Positions 25,140 to 35,006 of a DNA stretch of 43,579 nt are shown here, one piece after another (positions within the stretch are counted from its first letter, which is position 1; each line of letters opens with the position of its first letter). The notes below the pieces were generated by a model that was not told the origin of the DNA, made no database searches, and saw only the letters and a list, made by a program, of their open reading frames with translations. The position numbers and the translations under genes were made by a program. The stretch is taken from positions 1-43,579 of the IMG/VR virus record IMGVR_UViG_3300044262_000014. One strand, 5' to 3'. Source of the DNA: a virus. Its lineage: Duplodnaviria > Caudoviricetes.

Positions 25140-25520
25140 ATGGCACTGACCGACACTGAAAAGGTGAACGTGCGCAGATATTGCGGCTTCAAGATGTTCG
25201 GTGGGCGGCCAGTGCAAGCATTTGAGCACCGCTTTTATACCCACTACGGCACGCTCGAATTCCGCATGAACAACATGCTGGACGAGGAAGAAACGCAGAC
25301 GCGCGCATTCCTGACCACGCTGGCTACGCTCGAGGCGGCTATCCCAACGGCAACCGATAACCTGGATACCGACGAGGCAGCCGTCTGGAAGCACAACAAA
25401 GACGAAGTGCGCGACCGGATGAATTTATACCGGACGTGGCGCATGGAGCTGTGCAACTTTATGGGCGTATCGCCCGGCCCCGGACTGCAAGGGCAGGGCG
25501 GCATCCAGCTGGTGGTGTGA
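25140..25520 (+). CDS. Head-tail adaptor-like protein
   Basis: Helical 126 aa protein in the expected position. Confidence 0.6.
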   Translation: MALTDTEKVNVRRYCGFKMFGGRPVQAFEHRFYTHYGTLEFRMNNMLDEEETQTRAFLTTLATLEAAIPTATDNLDTDEAAVWKHNKDEVRDRMNLYRTWRMELCNFMGVSPGPGLQGQGGIQLVV

Positions 25521-25804
25521 TGGGTGACGTGATCAACCTGCAGCGGTACAAGGAAGAGCAAGCCCCGCACATGGCCGGCCCTGCGCACTGCATGTGCTGC
25601 AAGCATGAGTGGGCGGCCGTGGCTCCTGTCGGTACGGTTTTCCTTGAGTGCCCAGAATGCTTGACGGAAAAGGGTGTGTTCTTGATGCCGGTGCTGCGCG
25701 GCAACTCTGAATGGACGTGCAATTGCGGGAACACGCTGTTCAAAATCTCGCCGGATAACGGCGCGTACTGTCCGAACTGCGGACAAACTCAGCAGGGGTG
25801 GTGA
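25520..25804 (+). CDS. Small double zinc-ribbon protein
   Basis: CMCC, CPEC, CNC and CPNC; TGATG coupling on both sides. Confidence 0.7.
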   Translation: MGDVINLQRYKEEQAPHMAGPAHCMCCKHEWAAVAPVGTVFLECPECLTEKGVFLMPVLRGNSEWTCNCGNTLFKISPDNGAYCPNCGQTQQGW

Positions 25805-26448
25805 TGGACGGCACGAAACTTCAAACAAAGGTCTATGCGGGCTATGCGAAAGCCGCGCTGCGCATTGGCCTAGATGCCGACCAGCACCGCCCGACAAGCG
25901 CGAGCAACCCTATTGCCGCCGGCACAAAGCTGCGCACGCTGAAAGCCTCGTTTAACGCGGAGGACATGCAGTACAGCAAACCGAATAAGTACGGCAAGGC
26001 CACATGGTGGGGGTTGTTTGACGGCCGCGTCACCGATGTCGGCGATTACCTGGTATGCGCTGGCGTGACCTATTTCATCGCCGCCCAGCAGCCAATCCTG
26101 CCGATCCTGTGCGTCGCCTGCACCAATACCGTGACCATCAAGCGACCGCAGCAGCAATCAGGGGTTGGTGCCATTGGTTACGGCGGCAATACAGCCGCGA
26201 CGGAAACGGCGCTGATGACAGCCTGGCCGTGCTCCATTCTGCAAGCTGGCGCTGGCGAAAAAGCCGACGCAATCTTGCCGGGCGACGTAAAAACGCCGTC
26301 TTGGCAGGTTTTGCTGCCGCATTACACCGGTGTCACGCTGCGCAGTGGCGACATCATCACAGACGACATATCGCGGCGCTTTGTACTCCGCAGCGCGGAG
26401 CTGACGGACTTGGGCTGGCGCTTGGGTGCGCAGCAGGCGCAGACATAA
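25804..26448 (+). CDS. Head closure / neck protein
   Basis: Beta-rich ~214 aa protein; synteny. Confidence 0.6.
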   Translation: MDGTKLQTKVYAGYAKAALRIGLDADQHRPTSASNPIAAGTKLRTLKASFNAEDMQYSKPNKYGKATWWGLFDGRVTDVGDYLVCAGVTYFIAAQQPILPILCVACTNTVTIKRPQQQSGVGAIGYGGNTAATETALMTAWPCSILQAGAGEKADAILPGDVKTPSWQVLLPHYTGVTLRSGDIITDDISRRFVLRSAELTDLGWRLGAQQAQT

Positions 26449-26457
26449 GGGGTTTCA

Positions 26458-27300
26458 ATGGCAGACATCATCGACGTACAGCAAGGGCTTGCTGCGCTTG
26501 CTGCGCAGGCCGTGTACCCGAACGGGACAGGGCAGCCGTCAGTCGCTGGCGTGGATATTCTCATTTACCCCGGATGGCCACAGCAAGCGAACCTTGATGC
26601 TGATCTGCTGGCAGGCAAGGTGCATGTGTCGATATTCCCGACCGCGATGGAGCGCAATACCACCCGCTACCCGCGCGACGACTGGCAGGAGCTGGCGGTA
26701 AATGCTGCAACGCTGACGCTCACCATCGCCGGGCAGACTGTCACGGTTGGCGGGGCTATGCCTTCGCCTTTCCATGCGCAGAACGTCATGGTGATGGTGA
26801 ACGGCCTGCCTTACGTGTACGCAACGCAGGCAAATGACACACTGACCAGCATCGCCACGGCTTTGGCTGCGCTGATTCCAGGTGCCTCGAACGTTGGTGC
26901 CGTCATTACTGTGGTCGGCATAATCAGCGAGGCGCGCGTCGGCACTTCCGGCACGCTGATCCGCGAAACGCGGCGGCAAGAGCGGGTGTTCATGCTGACA
27001 GTCTGGGCTGATACCCCGGTAAAGCGCGATGCCGTGGCGAAAGCCATAGACGAATTGATGGCAACCACGCAATTCCTGACGATGCCAGACGAATACGCGG
27101 CGCGGCTCATTTATCGCGGCAGCCCGGTTACGGATGGGCATCAGAAGGCAAATCTGTACCGCCGGGATCTGAATTACTCGGTGGAATACGCCACCACGCA
27201 GCAAGCCGCAGCCGTACAGGCAACCCAGATGCAGGCAACGCTTGAAGCAAAGCCAGACGGTGCAACGGCTCCAATTTCCACGATCACCGTCAATTCTTAA
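26458..27300 (+). CDS. Tail terminator / completion protein
   Basis: 280 aa upstream of the sheath; LYRRDLNYSVEY-type C-terminus. Confidence 0.6.
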   Translation: MADIIDVQQGLAALAAQAVYPNGTGQPSVAGVDILIYPGWPQQANLDADLLAGKVHVSIFPTAMERNTTRYPRDDWQELAVNAATLTLTIAGQTVTVGGAMPSPFHAQNVMVMVNGLPYVYATQANDTLTSIATALAALIPGASNVGAVITVVGIISEARVGTSGTLIRETRRQERVFMLTVWADTPVKRDAVAKAIDELMATTQFLTMPDEYAARLIYRGSPVTDGHQKANLYRRDLNYSVEYATTQQAAAVQATQMQATLEAKPDGATAPISTITVNS

Positions 27301-27309
27301 GGAGGCAGC

Positions 27310-27474
27310 ATGGCAATCAAACTTATCGTGACAGAACCGTTCGGCGGCTACCACAAGGGCCAAGAAATTACCGATCAAAAGACTGTGCAAGCAATCCTTG
27401 AGGGATCAAATGCCGCGCATGTCGTTCAAGTGCAAGCGCCTGAAGCGCCTGCTTCCACTAAAACCACCAAGTAA
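27310..27474 (+). CDS. 54 aa protein upstream of the sheath (not in ORF track)
   Basis: RBS AAGGAGG; MAIKLIVTEPFGGYHKGQEITD... Confidence 0.7.
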   Translation: MAIKLIVTEPFGGYHKGQEITDQKTVQAILEGSNAAHVVQVQAPEAPASTKTTK

Positions 27475-27483
27475 GGAGGCGCT

Positions 27484-29007
27484 ATGCCAGTAACTCAACA
27501 GGGGCAGATCAACACGACTGCCCTGATCGTCCCGGATTTGTACGTTCAAATCGTTCCGCCCAGCGTTTCGCTGCTGAACGGTGTCGCAACCAATATTCTC
27601 GGCATTGTCGGTACCGCACAGTGGGGGCCAAAGAATGCGCCGGTGATTGTCGGCTCGATGGCTGACTATTCCCGCCAGTTCGGTGCGATCCAAAACCGGA
27701 AATATGATGCCGGTACCCAAGTGGCCGCCGCCGTCCTGCAGGGCGCAAACAACATGCGCGTTGTGCGTGTAACCGACGGCACTGACGTAGCCGCCTCGAT
27801 TGCCGTGCTGACAAACTGCATCACATTCACATCCAAGTACACCGGCTCGCTGGCCAACGCCGACAAAGTGACTATTGCTGCAGGCTCCAAGCAGAGCACT
27901 TTCAAAGCGATTGTTGCCCGCGCCGGGTACGTCCCTGAGGTGTTCGATAACATCGAGGGCAGCGGCAATGCGCTGTGGGTCAACATGGCGGCAGCGATCA
28001 ACAGCGGTCAATCCGGCTTGCGTGGCCCGTCTGACCTGATTGTTGCGACTGCAGGTGCCGGTACCACTGCGCCGACACTGACCGACTACACGCTGACAGG
28101 CGGCACAGACGGCGTGACAACCATCACAGGGAGCGTACTGGTTGGCGTGGATACAGTGCCGCGCACCGGTATGTATGCGCTGCGCAACAGCGGCGTATCC
28201 GTGGCCTTCCTGGCTGATTGTGATGACACCACCACATTCACCACACAGGTGAGCTTCGGCCTGTCCGAGGGCGCGTACATGGTGGGCGTTGTGCCCGCAG
28301 GCACCAGCATTGCCGACGCAGTATCCGGCAAAGCATCCGCGGGCATTGACAGCTACGCCTTCAAGTACATGCACGGCGACTGGATTTACTTCAACGACAC
28401 CGTGAACAATGTCACCCGCCTGATCTCCCCGCAGGGCTTTGCGGCTGGCCTGATGGTCAACCAATCGCCTGAGCAAAGCACGCTGAATAAGCAGCTGTAC
28501 GGCATTGTTGGCACGCAGAAGAGCTACCAGAGCCTGAAATACAGCAGCGCAGAGCTGGCAACGCTGGGGCAGGCTGGCATTGACGTAATCTGTAACCCGG
28601 TACCGGGCGGCAATTACTTCGGCTGCCGCTTCGGGCACAACAGCTCGAGCAACCCGGTGATCCATGGCGACAACTACACCCGAATGACCAATTATCAGGC
28701 ATACAGCCTGAACGCTGGCATGGGCAAGTTTGTCGGCCGCCTGCAATCGACAAAGCCGAACGACCGCACCCGCCGCGAGGCAGCTGCGACCATTTCCGCC
28801 TTCGAGGAAGCAATGAAGCAGCAGGAAATGATCGACGATTTCAGCGTGGTGTGCGACCTGTCGAACAACCCGCCAAACCGCCAGGCGCTTGGCTACATGC
28901 AAGCGGACGTGAAGGTTCGCTACCTGTCGGTGGTGGAATACTTCATCGTCAACTTGGAGGCTGGGCAGTCCGTCGAGGTATCCAAGCAAAACACTCAACC
29001 AGCATAA
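27484..29007 (+). CDS. Contractile tail sheath protein
   Basis: PDLYVQI, GIVGTAQWGP, LTGGTDG and VVCDLSNNP motifs. Confidence 0.92.
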   Translation: MPVTQQGQINTTALIVPDLYVQIVPPSVSLLNGVATNILGIVGTAQWGPKNAPVIVGSMADYSRQFGAIQNRKYDAGTQVAAAVLQGANNMRVVRVTDGTDVAASIAVLTNCITFTSKYTGSLANADKVTIAAGSKQSTFKAIVARAGYVPEVFDNIEGSGNALWVNMAAAINSGQSGLRGPSDLIVATAGAGTTAPTLTDYTLTGGTDGVTTITGSVLVGVDTVPRTGMYALRNSGVSVAFLADCDDTTTFTTQVSFGLSEGAYMVGVVPAGTSIADAVSGKASAGIDSYAFKYMHGDWIYFNDTVNNVTRLISPQGFAAGLMVNQSPEQSTLNKQLYGIVGTQKSYQSLKYSSAELATLGQAGIDVICNPVPGGNYFGCRFGHNSSSNPVIHGDNYTRMTNYQAYSLNAGMGKFVGRLQSTKPNDRTRREAAATISAFEEAMKQQEMIDDFSVVCDLSNNPPNRQALGYMQADVKVRYLSVVEYFIVNLEAGQSVEVSKQNTQPA

Positions 29008-29017
29008 GGGGTAAGAC

Positions 29018-29452
29018 ATGCCAATTAACGACTTTAGCGTAGGCCGCGACCTATCGCTTGACATCATCGATCAGAGTGGCAACCCGCTGCGCTTCTCGTT
29101 GATCACCGACTTCAAGGCGAAGCCGGACATCACTGACCAGAAGATCAAAGGGCTGGATGGCGTAACCCGCCATGTGCGCTTCCCTAACGGCTGGACCGGC
29201 AATTTCAGCGTGGAGCGCCAGGACAACACGATCGACAACTATTTTGCCGATCTTGAGTCTGCCTACTATGCCGGTATCAATGAGACTTCGGCGACCATCA
29301 CCGAAACGATATCCGAGGTGGACGGCAGCGTGTCGCAGTACAAGTATGTGGGCGTGCTGCTCAAGCTGGACGACGCTGGCGAATACTCCGGCGACAAAAC
29401 AGTGAAGCAGATGGTCAGCTTCGTTGCATCGCGCCGCGAGAAGGTGGCATAA
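29018..29452 (+). CDS. Tail tube protein
   Basis: 144 aa beta-rich protein immediately after the sheath. Confidence 0.85.
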   Translation: MPINDFSVGRDLSLDIIDQSGNPLRFSLITDFKAKPDITDQKIKGLDGVTRHVRFPNGWTGNFSVERQDNTIDNYFADLESAYYAGINETSATITETISEVDGSVSQYKYVGVLLKLDDAGEYSGDKTVKQMVSFVASRREKVA

Positions 29453-29453
29453 C

Positions 29454-29828
29454 ATGAATGCAAAGGTTGAACTTAAAACTCCAACCCCCGCCGAGCAGGC
29501 GGTGGCGAAAGCTGCCGCCGAGCACGTCATCACTGACGGCAAAGGGCGCAGCATCAAGCTGAAACGGCCCGGCGTTCTGGCGCAGTTCCGCTTGATCGAG
29601 GCGCTGGGCGATACCTCGAAAAACGAGGTTTACATGAACATGGTGCTGCCGCTGATCTTCGTTGTGGAGATCGACGGCGATGCAGTATTCCAGCCAAACA
29701 CCAAGCGCGAAGTCGAGGCATTGATCCAGCGCTTGGACGAGGAGGGCGTTGCCGCTGTGGTGTCCGGCGTGCAGGAGCATTTCGGAGCATCTAACCCAGA
29801 GGCGGACAAGCAAACCTTAAAAAACTAG
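29454..29828 (+). CDS. Tail assembly chaperone (G)
   Basis: Follows the tube gene; ends TTA AAA AAC TAG at a slippery site. Confidence 0.8.
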   Translation: MNAKVELKTPTPAEQAVAKAAAEHVITDGKGRSIKLKRPGVLAQFRLIEALGDTSKNEVYMNMVLPLIFVVEIDGDAVFQPNTKREVEALIQRLDEEGVAAVVSGVQEHFGASNPEADKQTLKN

Positions 29829-29995
29829 CGCGGGCCGCGCCGATCAGGGAATGCCTGTGGTTGATCAAAAACGGCATCCCGTTCGACGTGGCCTTTAGCC
29901 TTGATGACGTGACGCGGGCCGCGTGGTCTATCGTGTTCTCCGAAATGGAGGGTGCAAAATTCGATTGGCACGCCATGAAATTCAAGGAGGACTGA
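29819..29995 (+). CDS. Tail assembly chaperone frameshift extension (T), -1 frame
   Basis: Heptamer A AAA AAC at 29819-29825. The -1 frame is open as KKLARAAPIRECLWLIKNGIPFDVAF...KFKED to a TGA that overlaps the next ATG. Confidence 0.8.
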   Translation, partial: KKLARAAPIRECLWLIKNGIPFDVAFSLDDVTRAAWSIVFSEMEGAKFDWHAMKFKED

Positions 29996-30489
29996 TGCGC
30001 GAGTTCGACGATCTGACCAAGTTCGTGACGCACCTTGCCGCGCTGAACGTGGCAGTAGCGAAAGCCGAGGACAGGGCGCTGGAAAAGGCGGCCAAGATCA
30101 TCGAGCGCGACGCAAAAGGGCAGATCGGCCACTACCAGGATGCGGTCGGCCCGTTTCAGGATTGGGAGCCGCTTGCTGATAGCACCGAGGAACAAAAGGC
30201 GCGGCTGGGCTATCCCGCTGATGCGCCGCTGCTGCGCGAGGGAGACTTGCGCAACAGCATCACGCACGAGGTCGGACGGGGTGAGGCGGTAGTCGGCAGT
30301 AAATCAGAGATTGCCGAGTATCAGGAGTTCGGTACCGAGACGATCCCGCCGCGGCCATTTATTGGCCCGGCGGCATTCAGGAACCAAGACAAGATACAGC
30401 GGATTTTAGGGGCTGCGATTGTTGAGGGATTGACCGGCGGCCAACTGATCCATGAATCGCTCGGCTACGACATGGACGTCAAGCCGTAA
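29995..30489 (+). CDS. HK97 gp10-like / virion morphogenesis (neck) protein
   Basis: WEPLADST, PLLREGDLRNSI and YQEFGTETIPPRPFIGPA motifs. Confidence 0.8.
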   Translation: MREFDDLTKFVTHLAALNVAVAKAEDRALEKAAKIIERDAKGQIGHYQDAVGPFQDWEPLADSTEEQKARLGYPADAPLLREGDLRNSITHEVGRGEAVVGSKSEIAEYQEFGTETIPPRPFIGPAAFRNQDKIQRILGAAIVEGLTGGQLIHESLGYDMDVKP

Positions 30490-30700
30490 GCGCTGCCCAG
30501 GCGAACAGCCCAAGGAAGAACAGCGCTAGCCCGCAGAGTGGCAGTGCAAGCGACCCAAGCAGCGTCAGCAAGGCGCGAGTGCTCCACGGCATCGCGTTCC
30601 TGAACAGCGGGCGCGTTCTGGTGCTGATGTTCGGGTACTGAACCCACTTTACATTGTCCGCAAGCCATTCGTGCACGCGGTAGAGAAAGGATTTTTTCAT
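30479..30700 (-). CDS. Small antisense membrane protein (moron-like)
   Basis: Fills the 210-nt gap before the TMP; C-terminal hydrophobic segment. Confidence 0.55.
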   Translation of the reverse strand: MKKSFLYRVHEWLADNVKWVQYPNISTRTRPLFRNAMPWSTRALLTLLGSLALPLCGLALFFLGLFAWAALTA

Positions 30701-32519
30701 GTTTGAAGCCTATCGTGTCGCGGTGCGCCTTTCGCTGGTGAGCAACGTTGGCGCTGGGCTTGCCATGCTGTCCGGGCAGTTTGCGAAACTAAACAAGGAT
30801 GCAACCGGCTTCCAGAATAGCATAAACGGCCTGCAAAAGTCCCTTTTAGAGATCAAGCGCTTAGGTATGGTCGGCGGCGCAATGGCTGCCGGCGGCGCTT
30901 TCGGGCTGTCCCTGTTCCGCGCCCCGCTTGAGGCTGCCAAAGAGTTCGACATGGCCGCCGCCAGATTCAAGACGCTGAACCTTGGCGAAGAGGTAAACAA
31001 CCAGGCTTTGCAGTTTGCAAAAGGCACGCAGGCATTCGGCGCGTCCTCCACCCAGCTGATGGATACCGTGCGCGAATCTGTCGGCATGTTCGGCGACATG
31101 AAGAGCGCCATGTCTATTGCGCCAATGCTTGCCGAGCTGAATGCCGCGAACTCTGCAATGTTCGGCGGCAAGGCCGGGCAAATTGACGAAGGCGCAGTGC
31201 GCGCCATCATGCGCTTCAATGACATGCGCGGCAGAACCAACAGCCCGGAGGAATTCCGAAGCGGCCTGGACTTGGCGCAGCGCCTCGTCACCGGCTCCGG
31301 CGGCGCGATCAAATTCGGGGATCTGGAAACGCTGGCAAAACGCGGCGGCGCGGCCTTCAAGGGCTTGTCGAACGAAGGCGTGATGATGCTGGCCACCGTC
31401 ATGCAGGAGCAGGGCGGCAATGCCACGGGCACGGCCTTGATGAGCTTGTACCAGAACCTGATTGCTGGCCGCACAACCAAGAAGGCGATGGCAAAGCTGC
31501 AGGAAGCTGGGCTGGTTGAGCTGGGCGCAGTGACGCACGGTGCCGTTGGCGGCAAGGACTACAAGACGGTCCAGGTAACAAAGGTCAAGGACGAAGAGCT
31601 GCTGCGCACCAATCCGGGCGCATGGCTGATGAGGTACGGTGTTGAGGCCGCAAAGAAGTCCGGTGCGAAAACCGACTCCGAGGTGATTGGCTTCATCAAC
31701 AACCTCATATCGAACCGCACCGGCTCGAACATGGCGGCCACGTTCACCACGCAAGGGCTGCAGGCGCTACGCGACTTCAAGCTGGTGCAGGGAGCCATGG
31801 GTGCACAGCAGACCGTGGACACATTCAAGAAAACGCAGGGCGGCAACCTGGTCGAGCTGCAAGCGCAGTGGAACCGGGCAATGACCGAGCTGGGAACCAC
31901 GATCCTGCCGATTGCCATCAAGGCAGTCCAAGGCCTGACCAGTGTCGTAAAGGGCATAACTGCCTTCGCGCAGGAATTCCCTGTGCTGACCAATGGCTTG
32001 ACGGTTGCATTCGGCGTGCTTGCCGGGATCGTGGCTGCTGGCGGCGTTGTCATGCTGGCCACTGCTGCATTCAAGGCGCTGGGCCTTGCCTTGGCGTTCA
32101 GCTCGGTTGGTGGCTTGGGTGCAGTAGCGGTCGGGTTCAAGGCGATCGGTGCCGTGCTGTTCACCATCCTTAAGCACCCTGTCGTGCTGGCGGCGCTGGC
32201 CGGCGCTGGCGTTGGTACCGCGATCTCTGAAAACATGTCGCAAGAAAGCAAGGACACGCTTGGCAGAGGCATTGCCAAAACGCTAGCTTTCTTCGGCAAT
32301 GACGAGGCGCAGGCGGCGGTTGATGCTGAAAGCAAATACATCCGCAGCCAGAAACAAGGCGCGTCCGGCAAGCAAGGCGATATTTACATGGATGGCCGCA
32401 AGGTTGGCGAGGTTGTCAGTGGCCACATGGCGCGCGATGCCGCAAGGCCGACCCGAGGCGCTACGACATTCGACGGCAGCATGGCCCCGCGGCCTGTTGC
32501 TGCACAAGGAACCTGGTAA
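30699..32519 (+). CDS. Tail tape measure protein
   Basis: 606 aa Ala/Gly-rich helical protein with hydrophobic segments; ends DIYMDGRKVGEVV. Confidence 0.85.
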   Translation: MFEAYRVAVRLSLVSNVGAGLAMLSGQFAKLNKDATGFQNSINGLQKSLLEIKRLGMVGGAMAAGGAFGLSLFRAPLEAAKEFDMAAARFKTLNLGEEVNNQALQFAKGTQAFGASSTQLMDTVRESVGMFGDMKSAMSIAPMLAELNAANSAMFGGKAGQIDEGAVRAIMRFNDMRGRTNSPEEFRSGLDLAQRLVTGSGGAIKFGDLETLAKRGGAAFKGLSNEGVMMLATVMQEQGGNATGTALMSLYQNLIAGRTTKKAMAKLQEAGLVELGAVTHGAVGGKDYKTVQVTKVKDEELLRTNPGAWLMRYGVEAAKKSGAKTDSEVIGFINNLISNRTGSNMAATFTTQGLQALRDFKLVQGAMGAQQTVDTFKKTQGGNLVELQAQWNRAMTELGTTILPIAIKAVQGLTSVVKGITAFAQEFPVLTNGLTVAFGVLAGIVAAGGVVMLATAAFKALGLALAFSSVGGLGAVAVGFKAIGAVLFTILKHPVVLAALAGAGVGTAISENMSQESKDTLGRGIAKTLAFFGNDEAQAAVDAESKYIRSQKQGASGKQGDIYMDGRKVGEVVSGHMARDAARPTRGATTFDGSMAPRPVAAQGTW

Positions 32520-33298
32520 TGAAGGCAGATACAGTCCTGCAATTAACCGTTGACGGCGGACAGCCGTTCAAGTTTTCGCGCTTTGAGGTGCCGGAAGCTA
32601 TCCAATTCGGCGGCCGGCAGAAGCTGGCCGTGCATGAGCTGATCGGCGGCGCGCGCGTGGTTGATGCTATGGGACGCTCGGACATGCCGTTGCAGTGGTC
32701 TGGCCTGTTTCAAGGCAAGACAGCGCTGGAGCGCGCCCGCTATCTGGATTACCTGCGGATATCAGGCAAACCGTGCAAGCTAACCTGGTCTGAGCTGTCC
32801 TTTACCGTTGTGGTGGAGGAATTTACCGCTGATTTCCAGCGGGCTTACCAAATCCCGTACCGCATTATCTGTCTGGTGGTGAAGGATGAAGCGCAGCCGG
32901 TTACGGTAATTGCCAACCCTGGCATTGACGAGCTGATCGCCGCCGATATCAGCGCCGCCGATGCGGCATCGGGCAACTACTCAAACATCAAGGCATCGAT
33001 GCAGAAAGTTAAGGCCGCGTACAAATCCATCAAGAAGATGGCAAAGGCGACAACAGACCAGATTAAGACGCTCAAAACCACGATCAAGGAAACACAGGAG
33101 GTTGTGAAGCGCGAGATCGCATCGGTAGCCAATACCGCGAAGCAGATCACAACGCTTGGCGGTCTGGTACCAAACAATAACGTGGCGAAATTCGCATCAA
33201 AAGCCACCAGTCAGGCCACCGCAATGACGCAGCAGGCCGAGCTGCATAACATCCAGTCCACCCTTGGGCGGCTGGGAAAGAACGTCGGTAAGGCTTAA
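32519..33298 (+). CDS. Tail tube initiator / baseplate protein
   Basis: FGGRQKLAVHELIGGARVVDAMG motif; follows the TMP. Confidence 0.7.
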   Translation: MKADTVLQLTVDGGQPFKFSRFEVPEAIQFGGRQKLAVHELIGGARVVDAMGRSDMPLQWSGLFQGKTALERARYLDYLRISGKPCKLTWSELSFTVVVEEFTADFQRAYQIPYRIICLVVKDEAQPVTVIANPGIDELIAADISAADAASGNYSNIKASMQKVKAAYKSIKKMAKATTDQIKTLKTTIKETQEVVKREIASVANTAKQITTLGGLVPNNNVAKFASKATSQATAMTQQAELHNIQSTLGRLGKNVGKA

Positions 33299-33300
33299 GC

Positions 33301-34377
33301 ATGGCTGTTAATACAATCGCGCCTGAATCCGCAGCACGTCGCCCACGCGGGGCCGTCATGGTTAACGACGAACTGATGCCGTTCATCGAGTTCGATATCG
33401 ACAACAACACGTTCTATCAGGCCGATGCATTCCGCGTGAGCTTTGCAGTCAGTGCGCTGCCCGCGGAACGCGGGATGGATTGGTTCTCTGATCAACAGGA
33501 AATCTTTGTAGAGATTTTCGCAGGCTTCCCCGCCGACCCTGATAAGTACACGCCAGCAGATTTGCAGAGCTGGGTTTATGGCCGCGCGGATGAGATCGAG
33601 TTCGACCCCGTGGCGCGCGTCGTGCATCTATCCGGGCGCGACCTCACCGCGCAGATGATCGACACAAAGACCACAAAGAAGTGGCCGAACAAAACCGCGT
33701 CGGAAATAGCAACGGAAATCGCGGGCAAGTACGAGCTGAACCCAGTCGTAACCGCCACAAGCTACAAAGTGGGGCGTTACTACGAGATCGATCATGCGCA
33801 CATGACCAACCAGCGCAGCGAGTGGGATTTGCTGTGCTACCTGGCGCAGCTTGAGCAGTTCAATGTGTTCGTGGCCGGTCGCGACCTGCATTTTGAGCCG
33901 CAGCAGGACGCAAACGCCGAGCCGTATGTGCTGCAATGGCAGGCCGAGCCGTTCGCGTTCAACGGGATGCGGATGCGCTTTTTCCGCAACCTGACGCTGG
34001 CGCATGGCGCGCAGGTAACGGTGCGCTCATGGCAGCAGAAAACCAGCACATTGATCGAGATGAAATACCCGGAGAAGGAGCAGCCCAAGGCGCAGCAGTA
34101 TTTCTTCAATATCGCCAACCTGTCGCCCGAGGAGGCATTGAAAAAGGCCACCGCGCTCCACAAGGAGATAACAGCGCACGAGGTCAATCTGGCGGCAGAA
34201 TTGCCAGCGGACAACATGCTTGATGTGCGCAGTGTCATCCGGGTTGAAGGTACGGGCACGGCATACGACCAGCTTTATTACCCGGCATCAATCACGCGCC
34301 GCATGAGCATCGATCACGGCTACACAATGACAGTGCGCGCGAAGAACCATTCGCCGCAGACAGAGGTGCAGTTATGA
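33301..34377 (+). CDS. Baseplate hub (P2 gpD / Mu gp44-like)
   Basis: SGRDLTA, SEWDLLCYLA and LHFEP motifs; size and synteny. Confidence 0.8.
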   Translation: MAVNTIAPESAARRPRGAVMVNDELMPFIEFDIDNNTFYQADAFRVSFAVSALPAERGMDWFSDQQEIFVEIFAGFPADPDKYTPADLQSWVYGRADEIEFDPVARVVHLSGRDLTAQMIDTKTTKKWPNKTASEIATEIAGKYELNPVVTATSYKVGRYYEIDHAHMTNQRSEWDLLCYLAQLEQFNVFVAGRDLHFEPQQDANAEPYVLQWQAEPFAFNGMRMRFFRNLTLAHGAQVTVRSWQQKTSTLIEMKYPEKEQPKAQQYFFNIANLSPEEALKKATALHKEITAHEVNLAAELPADNMLDVRSVIRVEGTGTAYDQLYYPASITRRMSIDHGYTMTVRAKNHSPQTEVQL

Positions 34378-35006
34378 TGGATGGGATGCTCAACGCGATG
34401 CGCTTGCAGGCTATGCTGGCCGGCGAATCACGCGCCAGCACACGGCTCGCCACGGTCAAAAGCTACGATCACGCGAACTACTGCGCCAAGGTCATGCTAC
34501 AGCCGGACGACATCGAATCCGGCTGGCTTCCGGTTGCCTCGCCTTGGGTTGGCAACGGCTGGGGCATGTTCGCGCCGCCTTCGCCGGGCGATGTTGTGGT
34601 GGTTGTGTACCAGGAAGGCGACTTTAACGCCGGCATCATCAGCATGCGCCTGTTCAGCGACAAGGCGCGTCCGCTGGATGTCCCGAGTGGCGAATTCTGG
34701 CTGGTGCATCAATCAGGCTCGGCGCTCAAATTCAAGGCCGACGGCAGCGTGGAGATCATTACCGATGCCGACCTGAATGCCACCGTAGGCGGCAAGCTGA
34801 ACGCGAACGTAACAGGCGACATGGCGGCAACTGTCGGCGGCAAGATGGACGCGACCGTAACAGGTAAAGCGACGATCACCGCCAGTGAGGTGGATTTGGT
34901 GGCAACCGGCGGCTCAGCAAAGGGCGTTGTGCAAGGCGATTGCGTATGCGCATTCACCGGTGCGCCGCACGGGATGATTAGCCCGCGAGTGAAAGGGAGT
35001 ATGTAA
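34374..35006 (+). CDS. Baseplate spike (gpV / Gp5 OB-fold)
   Basis: ESGWLPV..WVGNGWG..PPSPGD OB-fold and beta-helix repeats (ATVGGK); C-terminal C/H residues. Confidence 0.88.
   Translation: MMDGMLNAMRLQAMLAGESRASTRLATVKSYDHANYCAKVMLQPDDIESGWLPVASPWVGNGWGMFAPPSPGDVVVVVYQEGDFNAGIISMRLFSDKARPLDVPSGEFWLVHQSGSALKFKADGSVEIITDADLNATVGGKLNANVTGDMAATVGGKMDATVTGKATITASEVDLVATGGSAKGVVQGDCVCAFTGAPHGMISPRVKGSM

Noticed and set aside
22800-29067. Long minus-strand ORFs (22800..24413, 27406..29067 and similar)
   Set aside because: Antisense shadows of codon-biased capsid and sheath genes, with no recognisable motifs.
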